From IMG/VR virus record IMGVR_UViG_3300025133_000032: 64,000 bases of DNA; one strand, 5' to 3'. This document shows positions 19,408 to 30,289 of this stretch, piece after piece (the stretch's first letter is position 1; each line of letters starts with the position of its first letter). Under the pieces are notes generated by a model that worked only from the letters and a program-made list of their open reading frames with translations, was not told the origin of the DNA and did no database searches. Both the position numbers and the translations under genes were made by a program. The DNA comes from a virus.

Positions 19408-22017
19408 TTAGTTCCTTGATACCCCATCAAAATAGGGTAAACTAGATGTTGCTTCGTGACTTAAGTTTGAAGAATCTGTTGTAATAGGTGTAACTGCTGT
19501 ATTCGAACCTGACGCAACGAAGCGTATAGTAATGGGGCTTGTGCGTAGAGCTGGGCCCCCAGACTTTATACCATCGCTTGTTAACCCTATAATATCATAG
19601 AATTTTGCATCTAAGCGCTGCTCAAGCATATCTCTGAAATATCCATAGTGATCTCTCTTGAAGATGGCCTTTGTAAATTGCTTTATTGGGTTCAAGATGC
19701 CATACTTGAAGCCTCTATGTACGGAGCCAAAAATATATTTATCAGACCTGACCTCAAAAGGCTTTACGCTACCAGAGAAAAAGTCGCCTGTACCATAATA
19801 ATGCAAAAGCATATCTCTTGATGAAGCTGCACTGTGATGAGTAAAATCTCCTGCTGAGCTTACCCTATCTTTAGCATTTAATAGTGAATACCTTTGAGTA
19901 GAGAATAAAAGATCATTAGATCTCTTAATGGACATCGGAGAACGCCTAGTTACACCGGGTATGAATGTTTGATCTGCCACTGTCGGTAACGTTAGATTTC
20001 TGTTTAACGATGAATATTTTGGCTCAAACGGAAAAGCTAAGGGCCACGTAGTGTCTGTGTTGCTATCACCAGTCATAACGTGACCTAAGTTAATCATGTT
20101 TTGGTTAGCCAGCGTTCCGCCGTTTGATTGCCACTCAACTAAGACACCATTCAGCGCAGTTATTTCAGCTGGATCTGGTAATAATGTATCAAAGAACCTT
20201 TCATTCTCCGATGTATGTTGAGTACCCCGAATAAATCCTGGGATAAATGAGCCAGATAAAAGTTTATGATGACTTACATTTCTGTCAAAAGAGATTGTTG
20301 ATGCTTGGACGCGCCTAGACTCCGCTAACCCGATAGTACCAGTTAAAAATCTAGCATTTATTGTACCAGAAAACTGTGTTAATTGCTCGACGTCGAACTG
20401 ATCATGAATAATCCCAGTTCCTCTCACGTCTTCATGTACAGCATTTGTCGTTAATTGCTGGTTGAGTGAATCATGAATTTCTTGAGCATCACAAATGTAT
20501 GACCCATATAATGTTAACCTACCAGACGCCGGTGGTAACGTTAGTGTTGGATTAAATGCATTTGCGACGCTTACTGGTGAACCAGGTTGAGCAACTTGCC
20601 ACCCAAAAATAAGCTTATCACCTGGCATAATGATGTACGGACTTGTACCAGAAATTACAGTAGCTTTGTTAAAATCCGTTAAGGCAATTGGTGTATTCCC
20701 GATGTTCGAAACGAATCCAGAGACAAGATCTCTTCCTGATGGCTTTCCTAAATTGCCTCGGCCACCGAAACGATAAGTTACAGGTTCTTCATTGACATCA
20801 TCGTTATCATTAAAGCTACTATGCAACCCTACCTTCGCGGGTGTTTTTGCGACGCCCGACAATATCAGTTTATCTGACCAGTTAGCTCCTGTCGTAGATA
20901 TTATATTCTTTTCCCTAAGAGCAAAGTTTGAGTGGTCAGACGAAGAAGAGTTAATGGTCGAAGAAAATGATGCAACTTGCAACCATGTAACGATATCACG
21001 CTGAGTATCAACGTATGTAGGTGAACCATTTTGTGATAAAATGATACCAGAGGGAATTGATGTTGTTAGTTGCTTGGTGTCAGTTAGTAAATATGGGCCA
21101 TTACTTATTGAAGCAGAAAATGGACCTCTCTGGTTCAAGACAAAAAATGTGTTATAGAGGCCCTCAGATTGTTCAATAAAGTCACCAGTTCCGCTAAATG
21201 ATGCAGAACATTCATATATAACCTTTTCTACTAGAAAGGGTTTGTCTATCAAGTTAGAAACTGGGTAAACTTGCGATGAAGTTGCATGAAATTTTTGGTG
21301 GGTAGGAAATCCGAATGCATCAAATGGGATTGCCGACTGCGAAGAATTGCCTATAATATTACCATCACCCAAAAATGATGGCGAAAAGCCTAACATTTGA
21401 GTTGCTAAGTTGTGATCAGGCTGTCCATCCGCTGTAGGCGAGTTTGTATTATATCCTGTCCCTTGGCCAACATTTTCCCAGGACACTTTATCAAAATTGT
21501 AATATGCCATAGGATAACTGCCGGTGCCATCTACCCTATCATTGTTTAACGATGATGATAATTGCAGTGTTGTAGTCAATGACTGGTTTAAGTTTACAGT
21601 TAGTTTAGTCTTACTTCGTAAGGGTGATGTAAACCCGAACCCTACGGTTGCTAATGTTGAACCAGTTTCATGAAAGTTATCATAGACACTTTGCTCAGGA
21701 TGTAAGCTATCATCGAAGGCAGACAGTATCTGACCAGTAGAGAATATTGCGATGCCGTCGGCGATACCTTTCCGTACGGCCCCAGTTACTGACGTGAATG
21801 AGGATGTCTGGTCAGTAATAAATGGTGATGATAAAGGTAACCCAGCGGGTAATGTGATCTGTGTAGATTCAATAAACACAATAGAGTTTGTATCATCGAA
21901 CCTGCTGCCAAATGTACCGGGGCGATCTGTACTCGTTCTAGAAATAGTAGGATAACTACCAGTCGTGTTATCCTCGTCTCGTATCTGTATACGAGATGCT
22001 AAGTTGATGTTAGTCAT
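19408..22017 (-). CDS. Ser/Thr/Gly-rich putative virion protein (869 aa)
   Basis: Structural operon context, [ST]GS motifs and a C-terminal HYGYFRDMLEQR...SSNLSHEATSSLPYFD. Confidence 0.55.
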   Translation of the reverse strand: MTNINLASRIQIRDEDNTTGSYPTISRTSTDRPGTFGSRFDDTNSIVFIESTQITLPAGLPLSSPFITDQTSSFTSVTGAVRKGIADGIAIFSTGQILSAFDDSLHPEQSVYDNFHETGSTLATVGFGFTSPLRSKTKLTVNLNQSLTTTLQLSSSLNNDRVDGTGSYPMAYYNFDKVSWENVGQGTGYNTNSPTADGQPDHNLATQMLGFSPSFLGDGNIIGNSSQSAIPFDAFGFPTHQKFHATSSQVYPVSNLIDKPFLVEKVIYECSASFSGTGDFIEQSEGLYNTFFVLNQRGPFSASISNGPYLLTDTKQLTTSIPSGIILSQNGSPTYVDTQRDIVTWLQVASFSSTINSSSSDHSNFALREKNIISTTGANWSDKLILSGVAKTPAKVGLHSSFNDNDDVNEEPVTYRFGGRGNLGKPSGRDLVSGFVSNIGNTPIALTDFNKATVISGTSPYIIMPGDKLIFGWQVAQPGSPVSVANAFNPTLTLPPASGRLTLYGSYICDAQEIHDSLNQQLTTNAVHEDVRGTGIIHDQFDVEQLTQFSGTINARFLTGTIGLAESRRVQASTISFDRNVSHHKLLSGSFIPGFIRGTQHTSENERFFDTLLPDPAEITALNGVLVEWQSNGGTLANQNMINLGHVMTGDSNTDTTWPLAFPFEPKYSSLNRNLTLPTVADQTFIPGVTRRSPMSIKRSNDLLFSTQRYSLLNAKDRVSSAGDFTHHSAASSRDMLLHYYGTGDFFSGSVKPFEVRSDKYIFGSVHRGFKYGILNPIKQFTKAIFKRDHYGYFRDMLEQRLDAKFYDIIGLTSDGIKSGGPALRTSPITIRFVASGSNTAVTPITTDSSNLSHEATSSLPYFDGVSRN

Positions 22018-22853
22018 CTCTTTAGACCGCCATAAGCGATAGAATCTGTGCCTGCAGGATTATTTGAATATGTAAATCCTGCTCCCATAGACTTATAATC
22101 GATACCAGGTATATCATCTGTCGCTGAATTGGTCATTGCTATTATTGCACTCTCTATATCGCCCGTACTTGAACCAGCGATGCTTCCTGGAATAAATACT
22201 TTACCCTGTGTAATCGTTTCATCAAATGGTGCAATTTTTTTCTCTGATTCTGGAAAATAGCCTGGAATAAGAATATCACCACCTAATGAGCCGATATGTG
22301 ACGTAGAATCGATATATAGGTCATCTGGAAGTGAATCATCAAAATTATCTATGAATTGTACAATCTTCGATGTTTTAGTAAATGAATCCTCATTTCCGTC
22401 TTGTATATGCCCTCTAATTCTATGAGGGTCATCATCAAGTGCTTGTAATGACTTTAAGAGCTCTCTAGAATCTATTGTTAATGGTTCTATAAACCCACCG
22501 AACCTCTCTGGATCTTCAAGTGATGCATTGCCAAGAACTGCGGGAAAAATTAAAGTATTTGGATTCTCTATATACGTTACTGGGTTAAAGCGTAATAATT
22601 CTTCGAACTTTTCATTCTCATTAAACTCTTTTGATTGCCCAAAAGTTGTGATTTCGATCTGCCCGTCGAGGCGACCGGTGCCCAACTTTGGTAACATACC
22701 AGAATACTTTTGTCTCTCCGTAACGACAGAAATGCCTTGCAGCACATGCTCTATAGCACTCAAATTTGAGCCTGTTTGTGTCATTACAGTAGGTGTTGTT
22801 CTTACTGTTTTAGCTTCTACAAAGGGCGTAAAATATCCAAATGAGCCTTGCAT
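22014..22853 (-). CDS. Putative virion protein (279 aa)
   Basis: Coupled in the operon; C-terminal GFTY..GTDSIAYGG. Confidence 0.5.
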   Translation of the reverse strand: MQGSFGYFTPFVEAKTVRTTPTVMTQTGSNLSAIEHVLQGISVVTERQKYSGMLPKLGTGRLDGQIEITTFGQSKEFNENEKFEELLRFNPVTYIENPNTLIFPAVLGNASLEDPERFGGFIEPLTIDSRELLKSLQALDDDPHRIRGHIQDGNEDSFTKTSKIVQFIDNFDDSLPDDLYIDSTSHIGSLGGDILIPGYFPESEKKIAPFDETITQGKVFIPGSIAGSSTGDIESAIIAMTNSATDDIPGIDYKSMGAGFTYSNNPAGTDSIAYGGLKR

Positions 22854-25800
22854 TTATTGTCTCCCCAATTGACCTGTTAGCTGCTGTACCAATATGATAC
22901 CCTTCTTGCTGTCTCTATCAGCCTCGCCCAAATAAATATCGGTCGAATGATATTCAAGCTTAGGCCTTTCAAGCATGTGGCTTTCAATAATGAAATTTGT
23001 CCCTAGAAATAGCGTCTTCCTTGGGACAAGCTGCTCTATAAATGATGATATACCCAGCATTGAATCAAACCACTTAAAAAATTCAAAAAATTGTCTCATT
23101 CTTACTTGTCCAGTTAGTCTATTAAAGTAAACATTTCTGAGCGTTTCGAGCTCTGGATAATCTGGAGAAAATAACAATTCAGGGTTACCTAAAGTGTTGT
23201 CTAAGCTATCTAGTGTTGAAAATATCTTAATGATATCGTCATTTAGAGCATCCATGATAGAAAAATCTATAGAGAACCTGGCATCATCGACAGGAGCTTC
23301 GCTTAAAGGGATCTCATAAACTGGAGCTATCTGCGTCTTAAATGATGAAGCATTTTCGAATGATTGGAAACTTCTTATTCTTACTTTATTGTTCGATGCT
23401 GCTTCATCAAACCTAGGTGATAGCTGACTAAAGAAATATCTCTCTGGTGATAGAACGTTAACAGATGGCTCAAATCCAGAAGCTGCGCCATGGAAATTAT
23501 TCTGCGAATAGTCAAAAAGTTCTATATCACCACTTGCTGAGCTCTTTGATAAGTGCTGCTCTGTCGTAATATCCAAACGAAGCTTCTCGAATGAACCTGA
23601 GAAGCCGGTTGAAAAGTTAAAATTTGAACCGGGAGTTTCTACACCAAGAGAATCATAGTTTCTTGCATGCTCAATACTTTCGCCCTTTGTAAGCCCCTTA
23701 CTCCAGAAACGTATCTGCGTAACTTTTCCACTGAACGATGTTGCTTTGGCCATTTGACCTACGGCGGAGTTGTTCAAGAACATGCCAGACTGGTTCTCAG
23801 TTAGGCTTTGCGAACCAATCACGACAAATGTACCAGAAGCATTTAGTGTAGGTGATATAACAGACTGTGCATCAGACATACCTGCTGTTGAGCCTGATGC
23901 AAGAAAAAGGCTTTGCGTTGTATAACTTTCTACTATAGATCCAAACTCTTGTCTTGCTGCTCGTAAGAAATATGAAGAGGAATTAAAGGCTCCAATTTCG
24001 TCGCCTCTATTTCTACCGAATGAAATACTCCATGGATGACCATCCATGACATCAGCACCTGATAGTGGCAGCGTCAATGTTGGAGCTGTGCCGCCTACGC
24101 CCGGAGATGCAAATAGCGTGAGCATAGATCCAGACACAGCTACTAAGTTAAATAATAAGCCGCCTGACCCTGTTACCTGAGTCGCAGAGCCTGTTGTAAA
24201 TATTCTAGCAAGGCTCTGTGTTACGGCATGTTGCCCAGTTATATAAGTGGGGTGTCTATATAGCGCTTCATATGTCCATGAACCAGATGTGAACAGGCCA
24301 TCACTGGCATCATTCGAGATACCATGGGGGCTATGCATCGAATGCTGGGTCATAAGTCCGCGAGCACCAGGGAACCCAACCTCTGTTCTTGAGCCCGAGA
24401 GATATGGCAATTTCAAAAAAGGTTTATTATTCGGAATGCCATGCGTATTAAATGATGAAACTACTGATGCTAAAGACCCACTAAAGTCCAGCATTGTTCC
24501 TACACGAGATCTATCTTCTCTTGAATCCTGCAGTGATCTTTTTGTTGCGCCGCCAAATTCGCGTATTTTGAAATTACTATTTGCGTCAATGCCCATTGAA
24601 CGTAAGAGTGACTTTATACTATGCAATGTTCCCTTTGACTTAATAATCTCGCTAATGTTCGTTAATATCCGGCGCCAAATTTGGTTTTGGACATACTGTA
24701 ATGCTAGAGCATTCGTGCTGATGTCACTACCGATATTTTCTGCATCAATAAATTGCTCGATTGATGAATTCACAAAAAATGCAGGCATTTCGAAGCCATA
24801 GTAATTTGCAAGAAACGGCAAAAACTGATCGGCTGTAAAGTTTGGCTTGTCATAATCAACATGTGTAATTGACCCAAACAAGTCAACCATCATTTTGATT
24901 TCGTCAAAAAACTTTGCCCATGTATACAAAAATGATGACATTAATTGTGATGTTCCAAACTCTGCGCTACCAGGAATACCACTACCAGCCAGTGTATCAC
25001 CTATCGAACCAGTTTCGCTACCAAGACCTTCATGTACCTGACCTTCTAAGAAGTAGTGGTCAGGTATAAGCTTCGTAATGATATTCGGATTATCACTATC
25101 ATATAAGCTGGCCGAGGCCAATAAACTTTCATTGAATGCCGCAACACCAGCGTAGCTTGGAAATAAAATTGGGTTCGCTGCTAATTTTTCCGAAAGCATA
25201 GGTACGGGAATAGAACCAGTATTTCTTAAACTGAGTGAAAAATTCGATATTTTTGAGTGTAAAGAGTTTCCAGAACTATCTAAAATCGTGCTGTCTGGAC
25301 CGATTGTTCCTGAGGGTTCATTGAACTTAAAATATAACTTTAGCTCAGGAGTTGCAAAAATTGATTTTTTTGCAAAGAGTTTTTGTTCATTCAGTGTTCT
25401 GGCGCTATGAAATACCCTGAATTCGTCTATCGCTCCAGATAATGTAGCTTCGGGTGTTACTATACCTGTGTGTAAAGAACCGCTACCTATAATCAGGGGT
25501 GAGGTAGTAAAGTCTATTAAACCCATTTCTTCAATGTTCGATGACGTTGAAACAAGCGCTTGGTTTAAAAATAGCTGTAAGTTGTTTATGCCTGGCCTTC
25601 TATCAAATGTAGCTACAACATGCGAAAACTGGCCCTTCGTAATTGGCATGCTCGTAGTAAGTGTATGCGATCCAGAACTAACCCCGAAAAGAAGACCACA
25701 TGTTGCAGTAGATGCGGAACCCGTCAAGGCAATCGATAAACCACTACTTGATCCAGAAAGTTTTTGACAGATTACTTGAGCTGTGTTTGTCTCGGCCGGC

Positions 25801-26348
25801 ACATAAATGTGGAATTCTGTAGTAAATGGGTTTAGACCAGGGTCAAGTATATTATCGCCCGACCTTGTCTTTGATACAGTCGGGTATTGATGTCCAGCAA
25901 AGTCTTTAACACTAATGTATGTTCCCTCGCTAGAAGATGGTGAGGAAGATCCAGAGAAGAATAAGTAGCCTTTATTACGTGGGAAACTATCAAATACCCA
26001 TTTCTCATAGCCCGTTAATGAATCTAGAAATACCTCAACCTCTTTTCTTGTTCCATCAAATGGGTATTCATTAATAATTCTATCAAATGCAACGTTTACA
26101 TTGACTTCAGCAGAGCTAAAAAATGTATGATTTTCAAAGCTTGAAAAGTCTGTAGGAATCTGTTGTGTCGAACGGATGCCAAGAAATGGTGGGTCATATC
26201 TGAATGAGGCTGATGAGGCGACATTTGTGTCTGCTAGATCTTGTGCGTTTTTATTGACAACAGACCCATTATCGTCGACGATGCGACGAATAGCCGTCGA
26301 TGAAAATAGCCTAGGTTTACCAAAATCGAGTGCTGTTCTTTTTGCCAT
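22854..26348 (-). CDS. Baseplate wedge protein (P2 gpI/T4 gp7-like core) with two LamG-like domains
   Basis: gpI-like segments LPFLANYYGF...IWRRI...KSKGTLHSIKSLL and IEQLVPRKT. LamG-like segments FSHVVATFD...IDEFRVF and FSGKVTQIRFW. Confidence 0.7.
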   Translation of the reverse strand: MAKRTALDFGKPRLFSSTAIRRIVDDNGSVVNKNAQDLADTNVASSASFRYDPPFLGIRSTQQIPTDFSSFENHTFFSSAEVNVNVAFDRIINEYPFDGTRKEVEVFLDSLTGYEKWVFDSFPRNKGYLFFSGSSSPSSSEGTYISVKDFAGHQYPTVSKTRSGDNILDPGLNPFTTEFHIYVPAETNTAQVICQKLSGSSSGLSIALTGSASTATCGLLFGVSSGSHTLTTSMPITKGQFSHVVATFDRRPGINNLQLFLNQALVSTSSNIEEMGLIDFTTSPLIIGSGSLHTGIVTPEATLSGAIDEFRVFHSARTLNEQKLFAKKSIFATPELKLYFKFNEPSGTIGPDSTILDSSGNSLHSKISNFSLSLRNTGSIPVPMLSEKLAANPILFPSYAGVAAFNESLLASASLYDSDNPNIITKLIPDHYFLEGQVHEGLGSETGSIGDTLAGSGIPGSAEFGTSQLMSSFLYTWAKFFDEIKMMVDLFGSITHVDYDKPNFTADQFLPFLANYYGFEMPAFFVNSSIEQFIDAENIGSDISTNALALQYVQNQIWRRILTNISEIIKSKGTLHSIKSLLRSMGIDANSNFKIREFGGATKRSLQDSREDRSRVGTMLDFSGSLASVVSSFNTHGIPNNKPFLKLPYLSGSRTEVGFPGARGLMTQHSMHSPHGISNDASDGLFTSGSWTYEALYRHPTYITGQHAVTQSLARIFTTGSATQVTGSGGLLFNLVAVSGSMLTLFASPGVGGTAPTLTLPLSGADVMDGHPWSISFGRNRGDEIGAFNSSSYFLRAARQEFGSIVESYTTQSLFLASGSTAGMSDAQSVISPTLNASGTFVVIGSQSLTENQSGMFLNNSAVGQMAKATSFSGKVTQIRFWSKGLTKGESIEHARNYDSLGVETPGSNFNFSTGFSGSFEKLRLDITTEQHLSKSSASGDIELFDYSQNNFHGAASGFEPSVNVLSPERYFFSQLSPRFDEAASNNKVRIRSFQSFENASSFKTQIAPVYEIPLSEAPVDDARFSIDFSIMDALNDDIIKIFSTLDSLDNTLGNPELLFSPDYPELETLRNVYFNRLTGQVRMRQFFEFFKWFDSMLGISSFIEQLVPRKTLFLGTNFIIESHMLERPKLEYHSTDIYLGEADRDSKKGIILVQQLTGQLGRQ

Positions 26349-27901
26349 TATGGATCTACTCTAAAAACGCCACCAACACGTTCAAAAATCTGCTTGACGC
26401 CGCCGTTATTTATTAACATATCTATCTGATAAACTCTTCCAACATCTAAATCATTCATAAATAAATCGAAGTACATTCCTGATGAGTCTGTCGATAGTTT
26501 TGTTGAATTTGTCGTTTCATCAAATTCAAAAATAGTTTCGTTGCTGTTCGTATCTCTGACTCTGTAATAAGCTTTATCAAAAATTACACTTTTTGCTTCT
26601 ATAGGTACTCTAGTGTAGCGTAATGAAAACGTGCCCTCATCTTGTGCAAATACCCTAAACCTAACTTTCTCAGTTACTTTAAAAAATTCTCTCATATTTG
26701 TGACGTTAAGCTTTAAACGCTCAGGGACATTAGAGAATGATGATTTGGGTATAGTCTTTACTACGAGCGTACCAGTATGATAACCTATCGTACCATCGAG
26801 TGAACCCCAAATTTCAGTGAATGTTGCTGACTGTGCATTTATTATTTCATCCCTAAGTGCTGGTTCAAATGAAGAGATTGATAATGATGCAGAATAGACT
26901 CCTGGGATAAAATTCGTACCAACCTGATGTTGTGATGCCGTTGTTGTCAACGAAAAATACGAATTTGCAAGAGAACCAGAGTTCGTCCCCGACGTGACGG
27001 TCAACAACAGAGAATTTAGACCTGATATTTGTGTGGCTGCGGTGCCTGACACTATATTCGATGGTTGGCCCCGAGCAAAATTATTTAAAAACAGTGATCC
27101 GCTAACATCAAACTCAAAATTTTCGTGGTTATCATGCACCGAGTCGTCCCAGCCGATGATGACCCTGGGTGTCTGCCTTGTATTAGTACTATGTCTTGAT
27201 ATGAATCTTTTTACAAACCGGGTCTTTGAATCTGTTTCCTGACTTCCTGAGAATGATATACGGAAACCATGGTCTGGAAGTTGGTTTGTCATCGTCGCCG
27301 AGATGATAGACGTAATATCCATGCTAAGATCTTCAGAGCCCTCAGCGAAATATTGTGTTGCAAACATGTTACCAAGAGACGTAGAGCCAGTAATTACGTC
27401 AACATTTTGCTGACCTGCATATCCCATTGCATTGGCACCAGACTGTGCCCAAATTGACGTTGATCCGCCTGCTGTTGATGCTGTAATGAAGTTACATGAA
27501 TCTATATCTTCATATGAAATAACATCACGCCCCAGTCCCTCATCAAATGATTTTGATAGCGGATATAATATCGCAGTAAAGTTTGAAGGTATTGTTTGCC
27601 CGCCGATTACGTCAAACATCTTTAGTGTACATTTAAATGACTGATCAGAGATATCAAGTATGCTAGATGTTAATGCATATAACGGGCTTAAATCAAATTT
27701 TAGTAAGAGTCTTGTTAGCTCAATTGGGTCTGTCGTTCCTGAGATCAGTGGACCATCAGTAGTGTATGAAGATTCACCCGCAAGCTTAAATAAATCCAAC
27801 GTTCCTGCTTGACCGACATTTGTGTCTGTCGCACGAAAAGCATTACGTATTATTCTGTTTGTTATGTAAGTATCTTTACTAGCTGATAATAGTCTTTTCA
27901 T
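26348..27901 (-). CDS. CBM96/DNRLRE-like domain structural protein
   Basis: ASKDTYI...TRLLLKFDL...TLKM...MDITSII...HGFRI...PRVIIGW pattern. Confidence 0.65.
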   Translation of the reverse strand: MKRLLSASKDTYITNRIIRNAFRATDTNVGQAGTLDLFKLAGESSYTTDGPLISGTTDPIELTRLLLKFDLSPLYALTSSILDISDQSFKCTLKMFDVIGGQTIPSNFTAILYPLSKSFDEGLGRDVISYEDIDSCNFITASTAGGSTSIWAQSGANAMGYAGQQNVDVITGSTSLGNMFATQYFAEGSEDLSMDITSIISATMTNQLPDHGFRISFSGSQETDSKTRFVKRFISRHSTNTRQTPRVIIGWDDSVHDNHENFEFDVSGSLFLNNFARGQPSNIVSGTAATQISGLNSLLLTVTSGTNSGSLANSYFSLTTTASQHQVGTNFIPGVYSASLSISSFEPALRDEIINAQSATFTEIWGSLDGTIGYHTGTLVVKTIPKSSFSNVPERLKLNVTNMREFFKVTEKVRFRVFAQDEGTFSLRYTRVPIEAKSVIFDKAYYRVRDTNSNETIFEFDETTNSTKLSTDSSGMYFDLFMNDLDVGRVYQIDMLINNGGVKQIFERVGGVFRVDP

Positions 27902-27911
27902 GACGTCTCCG

Positions 27912-29786
27912 TTAAACTGCGCTGCCGACTATGTCAAATTTGGGATATTTCATTTCGAAAATTGATCCAGGCGGCCCTATAATTAAATTCTTTCTTATAT
28001 TAGAATTAACGTCGAATGCTGTGCCGCTGTACTCTCTTTCGTTTTGTTTACCACTTAGGTTTCTAAATCTTGTTTCTAACACTGATACGACACCTGGACT
28101 ATTGAAAATTATATTTCTAACGTCATCGATCGGGATAGGTTGATCTATCTGGAAGTTTTTAATATCAAAAAAGCTTTGTAATCGAGTTATTATGTCTTGA
28201 ATGATTATATTCTTTATTGCTTGTTGCTCAGTAACGACTTTAAACTCGACGCCTATATTCAAAACTTGTGCATCAAGAATATCAATCGCATCGCTAATCA
28301 TCCTAAACTCATTGAGAAATACACGAAGGTTTTTCTTTAGTGAGTCTGGAGAAATGACGAGCCTTTGTTCAATATCTCTTGATATTATAAATAGCTGCGC
28401 GGCAAGAGGATTACTAGGGCTTGTTCTAATACCTGCACGAAAAACTCTACCAAAATTAGATGGCATCGTGTAAACTCTTGCGAGTAAATCGGATTTCGTG
28501 ACTATTCTTGACTGTGCATTCTTTGCAGCAGGTATTCTTGAACGCAATTCATCTAATGTTAATGATTCTTCGCCACCAGCGGCGCTGTGCGGATTATTGA
28601 CGGAAACAGACGCACGAATCTGTTGTGATAGCGCTGCAGCAGGAATACCGGGAAATCCCATGCGAAGTGTGGAAACTGTCTTTATAGTATTAGCGATAAC
28701 ATTATGTGATAGGCCGCCACCAAATCTATACACAACACTAATTGTTGTATTGATCGGGGATACACCTAATGTTTGAGTAGATAGTAGCTGGCCTGGATCA
28801 AGCGAAAATCTAGAAAATGTTTTTTTGCCGTATAAGGGTAGTGCTAATTCACTTGGGTCTGGAATAATATCATCATTCAATGTAGCTGCATTTCCAGCGC
28901 CAAATCGTATAGTCGTGAGCTTTGTGTCAAAGTCGGTTGTACTTGTAAACCTGTAAGGTGCTGGTATTACTTCTAAATTCTCATTAACAAGCTCATTGTC
29001 TGTCGAAATATTTCGTATACCCCTGAATATAGTATCTTGCGTCAGTGACTCTACTTCGTAGTATATATTACCCTCAGAGTCAGTAACCGAAATAATCTCT
29101 GATGCATCTTCGTTCGCTAGTGATATTTCACGAAAAGGTTGAAATGTATTTTGTATAGTAAATGTTTCTGTCGTTCGTAAACCTGACAGACAAACCCCAT
29201 CAGATGCTCTGGGTGAGTTTCCTGGGCCGCCGAGCTTTAATAAGTACGTTAATGGGCTACCATCTGCACTAGATGTTCCAACGATGACTTTGCATTTAAG
29301 ATTACCATCGGCGCCTCTACTAGAAAAATCAAGATCTTCTGTTAACTCGAAGCTAATTCCAGAGTCTGATTCAACAATGCTACCTGCATAGATAACTGGT
29401 AATGCTGATTCCATGGGTCGGTAAATCGCCCCAGTGCGCTCCGCGGGAACCTCTATAACCCATTCTTCTGCGACAGCGGCGGGCGATGCACCAGTAATGG
29501 GGACACCAGCATTTTTAAGGTGGCGCTGGATATTCTTTGACTCGACAGCGATCGTGGGATCTAATTCATTGAATTGATGGTCTAAGTAAAATGAAGTTGT
29601 ATCACCTACGTGAGCAGCGAAATCGAGGAACAAGCCCCCGACAGATGCCTCAGAAAAATCCCTAATCTTGTCAGGAAAAAATGTCCGCGCATACTGCAGC
29701 AGTTCTGATCTCAAAGAATCAAAGTCCTTATTCAGGAATGATCTGTTATTGACTTTTTTTATCTCTTTTTTGCTATTTATAACCAT
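27912..29786 (-). CDS. Baseplate wedge subunit (T4 gp6 / gpJ-like)
   Basis: KDFDSLRSELLQYARTFFP..DFSEAS.G..FLD..AHVGD..SFYLD, IRFGAG and GGEE...AQSRIVTKSD are gp6 signatures. Confidence 0.9.
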   Translation of the reverse strand: MVINSKKEIKKVNNRSFLNKDFDSLRSELLQYARTFFPDKIRDFSEASVGGLFLDFAAHVGDTTSFYLDHQFNELDPTIAVESKNIQRHLKNAGVPITGASPAAVAEEWVIEVPAERTGAIYRPMESALPVIYAGSIVESDSGISFELTEDLDFSSRGADGNLKCKVIVGTSSADGSPLTYLLKLGGPGNSPRASDGVCLSGLRTTETFTIQNTFQPFREISLANEDASEIISVTDSEGNIYYEVESLTQDTIFRGIRNISTDNELVNENLEVIPAPYRFTSTTDFDTKLTTIRFGAGNAATLNDDIIPDPSELALPLYGKKTFSRFSLDPGQLLSTQTLGVSPINTTISVVYRFGGGLSHNVIANTIKTVSTLRMGFPGIPAAALSQQIRASVSVNNPHSAAGGEESLTLDELRSRIPAAKNAQSRIVTKSDLLARVYTMPSNFGRVFRAGIRTSPSNPLAAQLFIISRDIEQRLVISPDSLKKNLRVFLNEFRMISDAIDILDAQVLNIGVEFKVVTEQQAIKNIIIQDIITRLQSFFDIKNFQIDQPIPIDDVRNIIFNSPGVVSVLETRFRNLSGKQNEREYSGTAFDVNSNIRKNLIIGPPGSIFEMKYPKFDIVGSAV

Positions 29787-29790
29787 TTAT

Positions 29791-30258
29791 TCATCCTCCG
29801 GCAAAAATTGTAACTTGCATTACTTTCCCTGTAATCTCTAGTCTAGGAACGTCATAAGTAATTTTGATATCAACTCTATCTGTACTATTTTCCATTCCTA
29901 TGAATAAATTTGACTCGAATGTTCTGGGTTCAATAACAGGCATGAACTTGCTTATTGCAGTTCTCACCCTTGTTATAGCCTCAAAATCAAATGCTTCTTG
30001 ACTAAGCTCTAAAGAAAGCTCTCTTAAATTTGCACCGAAGTTATATTGTCCTAATCGCTCTCCGTGGTTTGTTAGCAACAAATTTCTTAAATTATCTTGT
30101 ATCTGTGAAGCAACGTCAAAGTGCATGCTGAATATTCCATCGTTCGCAGATCCATATCTAAGAGGCGTCTTGATGCCTATAGGGATTTCATTTTGCTTAG
30201 CCTTGAACTTATTTGCCGAACTTTTTTCGCCAACGCTCTTAAAATCTCTAATCACCAT
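29791..30258 (-). CDS. Baseplate wedge gp25/gpW-like protein
   Basis: QIQDNLRNLLLTNHGER..QYNFGANL. Confidence 0.9.
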   Translation of the reverse strand: MVIRDFKSVGEKSSANKFKAKQNEIPIGIKTPLRYGSANDGIFSMHFDVASQIQDNLRNLLLTNHGERLGQYNFGANLRELSLELSQEAFDFEAITRVRTAISKFMPVIEPRTFESNLFIGMENSTDRVDIKITYDVPRLEITGKVMQVTIFAGG

Positions 30259-30263
30259 TCCAT

Positions 30264-30270
30264 TAATTAT
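30264..30270 (-). promoter_or_regulatory. Putative late-promoter element ATAATTA, 5 nt before the gp25 ATG
   Basis: Matches the RTARTTA motif found before other virion genes. Confidence 0.45.
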
Positions 30271-30289
30271 TGCGTACAGCTAAAGGTTG

